NCBI GenBank assembly: GCA_051892935.1
Contig: JBJFGS010000031.1
Span: 1-64,000 of the forward strand
Length of the DNA: 64,000 nt
Origin: Candidatus Coprovivens sp.
Lineage (GTDB): Bacteria > Bacillota_I > Bacilli_A > RF39 > UBA660
Direction of reading: 5' to 3'
The notes beneath the pieces were generated by a model. That model did no database searches. It was not told where the DNA came from and saw only the letters and a program-made list of their open reading frames with translations. Position 1 is the stretch's first letter; the number at the start of each line of letters is the position of its first letter. The position numbers were made by a program, and so were the translations under genes. Positions 53,114 to 61,943 of this stretch are shown here, piece by piece.

Positions 53114-55243
53114 ATGATATTAATAATAGCTGAAAAACCATCACTAGCTAGAAATATAGTAAGTGCTATTGGTAATATGAAAAGAAATGATGGTTTTTAT
53201 TCTAATAATGAATACGTAGTATCATGGGCTTTTGGTCATCTATTTAGTTTGGCAGATATAGAAGACTATGAAGATAATCCTCCTAAAGAAGTAAGATGGA
53301 AAATGGATAACTTACCATGTTTTCCTAAAAAGTTTAAATTTAATTTAAAGAAAGACTCTAGTAAACAAGTAGATGCTGGAGTAATGAAACAATTTAATAT
53401 AATAAGTACTTTATGTAATAGAGAAGATGTAGTAAAAATCGTTAATGCTGGCGACTCTGATCGAGAAGGAGAAATAATAGTAAGACTATGTATTGAGAAT
53501 GCATTAAAAACTGAAAAAGAAATATATAGATTATGGTTACCAGATCAGACAAGTGAAACTATATCACAAGGTTTAAAAGAAATGAAGTTAGATAGTGAAT
53601 ATGATAATCTAGCTAATGAAGGATTTGCTAGAACATATATAGATTGGCTATATGGTGTTAATTTAACGAGGTATGCAACACTTAAAACAGGTACTTTGTT
53701 AAGGGTAGGTAGAGTAATTATTCCAATAGTAAAAGCAATCTATGATAGAGATATGGCAATAAGAAACTTTGTACCAGAGATGTACTATGGTATGTGGAGT
53801 AATGAAGAAACTAATGGTGAATTAGTTGAATTAAATAGTAAAGAAAAGTTTGATAAAAAAGATCAAAAAAGAGCACAAGAATTGTGCGATAAATATAATA
53901 GTGTAGATGCTATAGTTGTGGATAAAAAAGTAAAAAAAGATACAATGAATCCACCTAAGTTATTTTCTTTAACTAAATTACAAAATTTATTAGGTAAAAA
54001 ATATAAAATACCAATGGATAAGTCTTTAGAAGTAGTACAAAGATTATATGAAAATGGTTATTTAACATATCCAAGAACTAATTCGGAGTATTTAGCAGTA
54101 GCTGAGAAGGATAAAGTTAAAAAGATAATTGATAATATTAGTAAGATAGGGTATCCAGTTAAGTTTAAGGATAAGAAGACAATATTTGATGATAGTAAGA
54201 TTGAGTCACATTCAGCAATAACTCCAACATATAAGATTCCTAGTAAAGAAAGTTTAACTGAAGAGGAGTTCTTAATATATCAGACTGTATTTAAAAGATT
54301 TGTTGCAGTATTCTGTAGTGATGAATGTAAGGTAGAGAAGACTGAGATTAAGATTAGTGTTGGTGAGTATGAGGATTTTGTACTTAAAGGTATGACAATA
54401 GTAGAACCAGGATGGACAAAGTTCGATTCTCCTAGTAGTAAAGATAAGATACTACCTAATTTAAGCATTGGTGATAAAGTTAATACGTTATTTAAGTTAA
54501 AAGAAAAAGAAACTACTCCGCCAAAACATTATACAATAGAAACTTTGAATAATTACTTAATGAATCCTTTTAAGGAAGATAAGAAAGAATTAGATGAAAA
54601 GTACGAAGAGATGAAAGAAGCAGGGGAAGAAGTTGATGATACTGAAGATTATAAAGCAATATTTGAGGGATTAGAACTTGGTACAGAAGCAACAAGAACT
54701 GGTATTATAGATAATGCTAAAAAATCAGAGTACATTGCATTAAAGAAGGATGTTTATACGATATTGCCTGCAGGAGAATTCTTAATAAATTCTTTAATGC
54801 AAATGGAAATATCTATGGATAAATATAAGACAAGTGAGATGGGCAAAGCATTAAAGAAAGTTTATCATGATGAAATAAGTGTTTCTGATTCTGTAGATTT
54901 AGCAAAAAAAGAGATACAAGAAGTATTTACAAAGAAGGAAGTAGCTATAGAAAAAGATACTGATATTGGATTTTATGGTGATGTAGTTGGTAAGTGTCCA
55001 TTGTGTGGTAGTGATGTTATAAAGAATAGATATGCATATGGATGTAGAGACTATCAAAATTGTAAGTTTAAAATAAGTACGCAAATATGTGGTAGATGGA
55101 TATCTAAAAGTAATGTAGAAAAGTTACTAAGTGAGGGGATGACTTCTAATATTGAAGGATTTGTTTCAAAAAATGGTAAGAACTTTAATGCAAGACTTAA
55201 ATTAGATAGTGATAACAAGGTAGTGTTTGATTTTAGTAATTAA
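53114..55243 (+). CDS. topB: Type IA DNA topoisomerase III
   Basis: IAEKPS, AGDSDREGE, TYPRT, GTEATR, C-terminal Zn finger and GF.SK.GK.F.A repeat. Confidence 0.9.
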   Translation: MILIIAEKPSLARNIVSAIGNMKRNDGFYSNNEYVVSWAFGHLFSLADIEDYEDNPPKEVRWKMDNLPCFPKKFKFNLKKDSSKQVDAGVMKQFNIISTLCNREDVVKIVNAGDSDREGEIIVRLCIENALKTEKEIYRLWLPDQTSETISQGLKEMKLDSEYDNLANEGFARTYIDWLYGVNLTRYATLKTGTLLRVGRVIIPIVKAIYDRDMAIRNFVPEMYYGMWSNEETNGELVELNSKEKFDKKDQKRAQELCDKYNSVDAIVVDKKVKKDTMNPPKLFSLTKLQNLLGKKYKIPMDKSLEVVQRLYENGYLTYPRTNSEYLAVAEKDKVKKIIDNISKIGYPVKFKDKKTIFDDSKIESHSAITPTYKIPSKESLTEEEFLIYQTVFKRFVAVFCSDECKVEKTEIKISVGEYEDFVLKGMTIVEPGWTKFDSPSSKDKILPNLSIGDKVNTLFKLKEKETTPPKHYTIETLNNYLMNPFKEDKKELDEKYEEMKEAGEEVDDTEDYKAIFEGLELGTEATRTGIIDNAKKSEYIALKKDVYTILPAGEFLINSLMQMEISMDKYKTSEMGKALKKVYHDEISVSDSVDLAKKEIQEVFTKKEVAIEKDTDIGFYGDVVGKCPLCGSDVIKNRYAYGCRDYQNCKFKISTQICGRWISKSNVEKLLSEGMTSNIEGFVSKNGKNFNARLKLDSDNKVVFDFSN

Positions 55244-55483
55244 GATGACTAAATTTAAATAAATATTTTGGCTAGTTATTTTTGTTTAAAAGAGAAAAGT
55301 TAAACAAAAAAAGTACTAAATTTGATGGTTTAGTACTTTTAAAATGTTTAAAAAACAAGTTTAGTTTAAAGTCTTTTCTTAGATGAAATAGTGTATTAAA
55401 ATATTCTTTCGAGACGACTTAACTTAGATGTTTAAACCTTTAATTTCGAAAGAAAGAAGGTGGTCCTATGAAGGGAAAAATAC

Positions 55484-55549
55484 ATGGAATACTTAGTTAT
55501 TCTAGTAGTACTACTTGTTATTGTAGAAAAGACTTTCAGGGGAGAATAA
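55484..55549 (+). CDS. Putative type I toxin peptide MEYLVILVVLLVIVEKTFRGE (copy 1)
   Basis: 21 aa, single hydrophobic helix + charged tail; GAAGGG RBS; identical second copy. Confidence 0.6.
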   Translation: MEYLVILVVLLVIVEKTFRGE

Positions 55550-55650
55550 AAAAAGAGCAAACGAAAACATCTAATTGGAGTTAGATGTTTTCTCATGTTC
55601 AAATGGACTAAGAAACATCTGACTCTATTAAGACGTCTCTTTTTATATCC
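55548..55650 (-). ncRNA. Putative antisense antitoxin RNA (copy 1)
   Basis: Minus-strand TATAAT at 55657-55662; GAAAACATCTAA/TTAGATGTTTTC hairpin followed by U-rich tail. Confidence 0.5.
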
Positions 55651-55817
55651 ATTTATATTATACTATAAATAATGTAAAATAGTACTAAATATTTTTGTTT
55701 AGTGCTTTTTAAGTACTTAAAATAGAAGTTATAATTTCATATTGAAAAACTATAGATTAGTATAATTAATTTATAAGAAATAAAAAATTGTATGTTAGTA
55801 TGATATAATTTGTATAG

Positions 55818-56993
55818 GTGTTTTTTATGATAAAAGAAATATTTACAGAATTAATTTGTGAAGCCAAAGATGGAAAAGTTTTTATAGATGGTGAGGAATG
55901 GCCGATAGGTTTTAATACTGTTATATCAACTGATGGTCGTGAAGTCGTTTATAGAAATGAAAGGAATTTGTCTGAACTTATTATAAAAGATGAAGAAATC
56001 TTTCTAAAAGTATTAGAAGATTATGTTAATTTGGAGTTGTCTTATAAACGTAAAGTTCCTAGCTTTATTATGAATAAAGAGAGAAATACTATTAAATGGA
56101 TTATGGCTTACTTATTTGTTAATGCCACAACTGAAGATTTTATTAATCCTGTTTCTTATATGAAACGACGAATAGCTTTTTTGAATGATACAACATTTTC
56201 TTATTTAAATGAACCAGTTTCTTTGGAAATAGGGAATCACTTTTTAAATAGTTCTATTAAAATTCAAAATAGTATACATAGTATTGCGATGGAAACTCCT
56301 TATAGAATAGATATTTGTTTGGTAAATTCTATTGATAGTAAGGAAGTTTCTTATCCTTTAGCTACTGTTACTTATGGTATTTGTGAAGATAACGGCGAAA
56401 AAGTTTGTTATGTTTATAGCTTAATGAAACCTAAATCAAAAGTATCTACTGAAGAAGAAGCATATTATGATAAAAAAATAGCTCGTATGTTGTATAAATT
56501 AAATGAAGGTATAGAAAGTTATGAAGTTTCTGAATATTTCGATTATAAAGAAGGAAATTCAAAATATTATCCTGAGGGGAATATTACAGATGTAACTCCA
56601 TCGTTTATTTTATCTTTAAGTGTTTTTTTATCATTGTTGCAAAGAGAAGGTATTCATCATTTAAAAGCTATACCTTATTTGCCTGTTCGTTATTTATCTA
56701 GGGATATTATTGCTAGTGACGTTAAGGAAGAAGATACAAGGTATCAACTTAAACTACGAAATGATAAAATTCAAGAGAATATTACTAATAAGTTTATTAG
56801 AACATTTCGTAGAATAGCTTTTCATACTCCTGATGTAGAAGTTTTATCTGTACCTTATGAATTATCAGAGTATTTAGAATTAAATATAAAGGATAAGGAA
56901 CATATGATTAGTAATCCTATTTTAGAAGATGTTGCTGTAGCTGTTTATCAAATGGATGATAATATAAGAAAAGGATTTCATAAGAATTTTTAA
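55818..56993 (+). CDS. Hypothetical protein between the two TA-like modules
   Basis: 391-aa ORF with TGnTATAAT promoter and RBS. Confidence 0.75.
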   Translation: MFFMIKEIFTELICEAKDGKVFIDGEEWPIGFNTVISTDGREVVYRNERNLSELIIKDEEIFLKVLEDYVNLELSYKRKVPSFIMNKERNTIKWIMAYLFVNATTEDFINPVSYMKRRIAFLNDTTFSYLNEPVSLEIGNHFLNSSIKIQNSIHSIAMETPYRIDICLVNSIDSKEVSYPLATVTYGICEDNGEKVCYVYSLMKPKSKVSTEEEAYYDKKIARMLYKLNEGIESYEVSEYFDYKEGNSKYYPEGNITDVTPSFILSLSVFLSLLQREGIHHLKAIPYLPVRYLSRDIIASDVKEEDTRYQLKLRNDKIQENITNKFIRTFRRIAFHTPDVEVLSVPYELSEYLELNIKDKEHMISNPILEDVAVAVYQMDDNIRKGFHKNF

Positions 56994-57076
56994 AGCGAAA
57001 AAATATGAGGCTTTTCTTCGTTTTTGTTTGTGAATATATTAGTAAATTAATGTTTATAGGTTTTATAGTTCAGATG

Positions 57077-57171
57077 ATTGGTATGATATAATAAAAGTAT
57101 CTAATTATCTTTACATTTTTAGTCTTAAGCCTTTAGTTTTAATTATCTGTGTCAATATTAAGTGATATTAA
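57077..57171. ncRNA. Degenerate tracrRNA-like copy
   Basis: 57114-57171 aligns to the tracr anti-repeat + nexus region 57777-57830; 57077-57097 resembles 57709-57730. Confidence 0.55.
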
Positions 57172-57399
57172 ATAAAAAATAATAATTGTATTTTTTATGA
57201 ATAGATACGTAAAAAATCAAATAAAAAAGTACTAAAAAAAATTATTTAGTACTTTTTAAATTCGTAAAAAACTATTTTAGTTTTTCTGCTTTTCTTTAGT
57301 ATAATAATATATTAAAATAGTGCGTTGAGACGTTTAAATAGGTGTTTTTAAACCTTTATTTTCGAAAGAAAGAAGGTGGTCCTATGAAGGGAAAAATAC

Positions 57400-57465
57400 A
57401 TGGAATACTTAGTTATTCTAGTAGTACTACTTGTTATTGTAGAAAAGACTTTCAGGGGAGAATAA
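57400..57465 (+). CDS. Putative type I toxin peptide (copy 2, identical)
   Basis: Same 21-aa ORF. Confidence 0.6.
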   Translation: MEYLVILVVLLVIVEKTFRGE

Positions 57466-57566
57466 AAAAAGAGCAAACGAAAACATCTAATTGGAGTTAG
57501 ATGTTTTCCGACGTTCAATTGGACCAAGAAACATCTGACTCTATTAAGACGTCTCTTTTTATATCC
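57464..57566 (-). ncRNA. Putative antisense antitoxin RNA (copy 2)
   Basis: Minus-strand TGnTATAAT (57573-57581) and the same terminator hairpin. Confidence 0.5.
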
Positions 57567-57737
57567 ATTTATATTATATCATAATTATATTTGTTTTTGT
57601 TATAGTTTTAAATATTTAATAGTATATGGTTAAAATATATTTATTCTTAATATTAATTTTGTATATTTCTTTTTACCAATAAATACCAATAATGTTATAA
57701 TACAAGTAATTGGTGATGATATGAAAAACGATGACAT

Positions 57738-57835
57738 AAAAAAAGACGGCTAACCGTCCGAAACACATATTGTGAGCATTTAGGCTTAAAGCTTTATTTT
57801 AACTCTCTATGTCATCTTAAATGGTATTAAGACAA
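57738..57835 (-). ncRNA. tracrRNA
   Basis: 25-nt perfect anti-repeat (57806-57830), GTTAAAATAA lower stem/nexus, GACGG/CCGTC-T7 terminator, TTGACT-17-TAGTAT promoter overlapping the cas9 RBS. Confidence 0.92.
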
Positions 57836-57869
57836 CTTAATACTAACAAAAAAATGGAGGTAAGTCAAT

Positions 57870-60800
57870 ATGAATAAAAAATATAATATAGGTCTTGATA
57901 TAGGAACTACATCTGTTGGTTGGGCTGTAGTTGAGTCAGATACACAAAAAATTATAAGAAAAGGAAAAGGAAAAAATCGTAAAGCACTTTGGGGTGTTAG
58001 ACTTTTTGAGGAGGCTTCAACTGCTGAAGGAAGACGAAGCTTCAGAAGTACAAGACGTAGATACGATAGAAGAAGAAATCGAATTAAGTTGTTACAAGAG
58101 GAATTTAAAAATGAAATGAATAATGTAGATCGTGATTTCTTTAAAAAATTAGAAGAATCAAAATATCATGTGACTGATAAGTTTAATAAAACAGTTGTAT
58201 TAACAGCAGAAGAGAAAAAAATGATTCGCGAGTATAATAATCAATACAAAACTATATATCATTTAAGAAGTCGTTTAATTAATGACGATAGTAAAGCTGA
58301 TATTAGATTGGTTTATTTAGCAATTCATCATATTATTAAATATCGAGGAAACTTTTTATATGCTGTTGATAATTTTAATGTTAGTAGTTTAAACATAGAA
58401 GAAAAAATAAGAGAAGTAATGTATTCCTTTGTTAATCTTGTTCCTGCATTAGGAATATCAGATGATTATGAAAATATTGTAAGCATTAATAAAATATCAC
58501 AAATAATGATTAATCCTTCTAAAAATGATGTAAAAGTAGAATTAAGAGAGGTATTAAAAGATTTTTGCAATAGTAATAAATTTGCAACAGAATTTTGTAA
58601 AATGATTGTTGGAAATAAATTTAATTTAAAAGATTTATTTGCTTTAGAAGAAATTAATAAATTACAAATTAGTTTTGATGGTACTGATTATGATGATAAA
58701 TACGAAGAACTAGAAAATATATTAGGAGATAAAATTGAAACTTTAGATTTATTAAAACAATTATATGATACGTTATTCTTGAAAAAACTATTTAAAGGTA
58801 AAACTAATGTAAGTTTATCAGAATTAATGGTAGACAAATATAATCAACATAAAAATGATTTAAGCTTATTAAAGCAATTATTTAGATATGATAGAAAAAA
58901 ATATAACTTAATATTTAGAAGTGTGACTGCAAGAAAAAAAGATAATAACCATACTGAAAGAAAAGAGTATATTTGCTATTATGAACAATATATACACAAT
59001 AAAATTTCTTTTTATGATTTAAGTAAAGAATTAGACAAATATATTCCTGATTTATTAGAATTAGCTGATTTAGAAATTTGTCAAAAATGGAATAGTATTA
59101 AAGAAAGGTATGCAAATGGAGATTTTTTACCAAGAATTACTGATTCAGATAATGGGAAATATCCATATCAATTAAATAAAGATGAGTTAGTTAAAATAAT
59201 TGAAAATCAAGGTAAATATTATCCATTCTTATTAAACGAAGTAAATGATAAGTATAGAATTGTTAAATTACTAGAATTTAAAATTCCTTATTATGTTGGA
59301 CCTTTAGTTTCTGATAAAAAAAGTGATTTTGCTTGGATGGAAAGAATAACACCTAATGTAAAGATTACTCCTTTTAATTTTGATGATGTTGTTGATAAAG
59401 AAACTACTGCCGAGAAATTTATAAAAAGAATGATATCTCATTGTTCTTATTTATTAGATGAGTATGCTTTACCAAATAATTCTATATTGTATTCTAGATA
59501 TAAAGTTATGAATGAATTAAAACAAATTAAAGTTAATGGTAATAAAATTCCTATTGATATTCAACATAAGATATTAAACGATTATTTTATGAAAACATCA
59601 GGTACTATTACAGATAATAAGTTTAAAAGTTATTTAAGAACTTTACCTGATTTTGGTATGTACGAAAATGATATTAATGTTACTGGTTATTCGGCAGATG
59701 GTCAATTTGCTAATAATATGCAATCTTTTGTAGATTTCTTTGGAGAGAATGGAATATTTGAAAGTACTTCGTATAACGAAGAAGATGCTGATCAGATTAT
59801 TGAATGGATTACAATATTCGATGATAAAGATGTATTGGAAAAAAAGGTTAGAAAAGAGTATAACGAGTTGGGTGAATTTAGCATTAAAAAGATAGTAAGT
59901 AAAAAATATTCTGGATGGGGAAGTTTATCTAAAAAATTATTATGTACACCTTATTATAAAGATAGGAAGTCAGGAATTAGTAAATCAATATTGGATTTGA
60001 TGTATGAAACAGAAGATAATTTTATGCAAATAATTAATAATGATGAATACAAATTTCAAGGATTGATAAAAGAAGAAAATGTTATTAAAGATACAACAAA
60101 AATAAATTATGATTTAGTTAAAGGATTGGCAACATCACCTTCTACTAAAAAAGGAATATATCAAGCCTTAAAAGTAGTAGATGAAATTGTTGATTATATG
60201 GGATATGAACCTGAAAATATCATGATTGAAATGTCAAGAAATGAAGATAAAAAAGAACGCAAGGATGATAGAAAAAAATATCTAACTAAGTTATATGATA
60301 AATTTAAAGAAGAAATTAACAATTATTCTCAATTGTCTTTAGAGCTAGATGATTTAGATAAAATTGATACAACTAGATTGTTTTTGTATTTTATTCAAGA
60401 AGGTAAATGTTTGTATACAGGAAAACCATTAAATGTGGATGATTTAAGTAGTTATGAAATAGATCATATAATACCAAGAACGTTAATTAAGGATGATTCT
60501 CTTGATAATAAGGCGTTAGTTTTAAGAGAGTGTAATCAGACAAAAAAAGATAGTTTTGTTCTTCCATCTATGTATAATACATTTGAAAATAGAAAATGGT
60601 GGCAACATTTAAAAAAAATTGGATTAATGTCTGCTAAAAAATTTCACAATTTAATTAGAACTGAATATAGTGATGAGGATATTCAAGATTTTATTAATAG
60701 ACAATTAGTTGAAACGAGACAAATAACAAAGCATGTTGCTAATATTCTAAATAATTTTTATGAAAATACAAAAATTGTATATTTAAAGGCAAATTTATCT

Positions 60801-61943
60801 CATAATTATCGTGAAAGATATGAATTATTTAAATTTAGAGAAATAAATGATTATCATCACGCTCATGATGCTTATTTAGCAGCAGTATTAGGTGAGTATA
60901 AAGAAAAATATATGACTAGAAACGTTAATTATGAAATGATGCGTGAATTAAATTCAAGGATTAAAAGTTCTGGTAATTACAAAAAATTTAATTATGGTTT
61001 TGTAATTAATAGCTTAGATAATGAAATAAATGATTGTATTTATGAATTATCTAAAAATATGATTAATAAAGATACTGGTGAATTATTATTTGATTCTGAT
61101 AAATTCAATAAAATAGTAGAAGATACTTTATACCGAAATGATATTTTAATTAGTAGAAAGACTGAAATTAGGAGCGGAGAGTTCTATAATCAAACTAAAC
61201 AAAAAAAGGGTGGCAAAGGTGTGCCTTTAAAAGGCAATATGCCGATTGAATTATATGGAAGTTATACTAGTTTAAATCCTTCTTATGCTGTAATGGTTAG
61301 TTATACTAAAAAAGGTAAAGAAAATAGAAAAATGGTTGGATATCCTATGTATTTTAATGGAAAAGCTGAAGAAGATAAAATATTATATTATAAAACTCTT
61401 TTAGGTTTAAATGAAAATGATAATGTTGAGATTTATGATAAGAAAATACCTTTTTACTCATTAATAAATTGGAATAATCAGGCGTGTTATTTAGTTGGGG
61501 CATCAGACAATGTAGAAGTATGTAATTCTAAACAGTTTAAATATTCAAAAGAGTTTATGAAAAAAAATAAATATTCTTTTAATGTTTTATTTAATGGAGC
61601 AAAATATGATGATGAAGAAAACTATAGTAAATCTTTAGATGAAATAATTAATTATATTGTTAATAGATTTGAAAAAGATTATGTTTTGTTTAGTAATTTA
61701 GTAGTAGAGTTAAAAAAGATTGTTAGTTATGGTGATTATTCTGTGTTTAATGTTCAGGAAAAAGAGAATATAATTAAACAACTTACCTTATTACTAAATT
61801 GTAGAAGTGATAATGCAAATTTCAAATTTTTAAATGATAAGTATTCAAGTGCGTTTGGTAAGAAAAATGATCGTATAATAGAAAGTTGTTTTGTATCTAA
61901 TTTATCTGTAACAGGGTTAAAGGAAAGTAAGCATGAGTTTTAG
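57870..61943 (+). CDS. cas9: Type II-A CRISPR nuclease Cas9
   Basis: GLDIGTTSVGWA RuvC-I, Arg-rich bridge helix, IPYYVGPL, EIDHIIP HNH, HHAHDAYL. Confidence 0.98.
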   Translation: MNKKYNIGLDIGTTSVGWAVVESDTQKIIRKGKGKNRKALWGVRLFEEASTAEGRRSFRSTRRRYDRRRNRIKLLQEEFKNEMNNVDRDFFKKLEESKYHVTDKFNKTVVLTAEEKKMIREYNNQYKTIYHLRSRLINDDSKADIRLVYLAIHHIIKYRGNFLYAVDNFNVSSLNIEEKIREVMYSFVNLVPALGISDDYENIVSINKISQIMINPSKNDVKVELREVLKDFCNSNKFATEFCKMIVGNKFNLKDLFALEEINKLQISFDGTDYDDKYEELENILGDKIETLDLLKQLYDTLFLKKLFKGKTNVSLSELMVDKYNQHKNDLSLLKQLFRYDRKKYNLIFRSVTARKKDNNHTERKEYICYYEQYIHNKISFYDLSKELDKYIPDLLELADLEICQKWNSIKERYANGDFLPRITDSDNGKYPYQLNKDELVKIIENQGKYYPFLLNEVNDKYRIVKLLEFKIPYYVGPLVSDKKSDFAWMERITPNVKITPFNFDDVVDKETTAEKFIKRMISHCSYLLDEYALPNNSILYSRYKVMNELKQIKVNGNKIPIDIQHKILNDYFMKTSGTITDNKFKSYLRTLPDFGMYENDINVTGYSADGQFANNMQSFVDFFGENGIFESTSYNEEDADQIIEWITIFDDKDVLEKKVRKEYNELGEFSIKKIVSKKYSGWGSLSKKLLCTPYYKDRKSGISKSILDLMYETEDNFMQIINNDEYKFQGLIKEENVIKDTTKINYDLVKGLATSPSTKKGIYQALKVVDEIVDYMGYEPENIMIEMSRNEDKKERKDDRKKYLTKLYDKFKEEINNYSQLSLELDDLDKIDTTRLFLYFIQEGKCLYTGKPLNVDDLSSYEIDHIIPRTLIKDDSLDNKALVLRECNQTKKDSFVLPSMYNTFENRKWWQHLKKIGLMSAKKFHNLIRTEYSDEDIQDFINRQLVETRQITKHVANILNNFYENTKIVYLKANLSHNYRERYELFKFREINDYHHAHDAYLAAVLGEYKEKYMTRNVNYEMMRELNSRIKSSGNYKKFNYGFVINSLDNEINDCIYELSKNMINKDTGELLFDSDKFNKIVEDTLYRNDILISRKTEIRSGEFYNQTKQKKGGKGVPLKGNMPIELYGSYTSLNPSYAVMVSYTKKGKENRKMVGYPMYFNGKAEEDKILYYKTLLGLNENDNVEIYDKKIPFYSLINWNNQACYLVGASDNVEVCNSKQFKYSKEFMKKNKYSFNVLFNGAKYDDEENYSKSLDEIINYIVNRFEKDYVLFSNLVVELKKIVSYGDYSVFNVQEKENIIKQLTLLLNCRSDNANFKFLNDKYSSAFGKKNDRIIESCFVSNLSVTGLKESKHEF

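Larger units (their letters stand above)
55305..55662 (+). repeat. Type I TA-like module, copy 1 (direct repeat of 57223-57578)
   Basis: 55444-55662 equals 57360-57578 apart from 5 clustered substitutions; 5' part more diverged. Confidence 0.9.
57223..57578 (+). repeat. Type I TA-like module, copy 2
   Basis: Direct repeat of 55305-55662. Confidence 0.9.

Noticed and set aside
53114-55243. topB as a marker of a conjugative element
   Set aside because: No relaxase, T4SS or integrase genes in the window
57121-57135. Pseudo-tracr 5' segment (TTAAGCCTTTA) acting as a Cas9 guide against TTAAACCTTTA in both TA leaders
   Set aside because: Only 10/11 nt in AT-rich sequence, already explained by homology to the tracr nexus, and the adjacent T-rich flank is an unlikely II-A PAM
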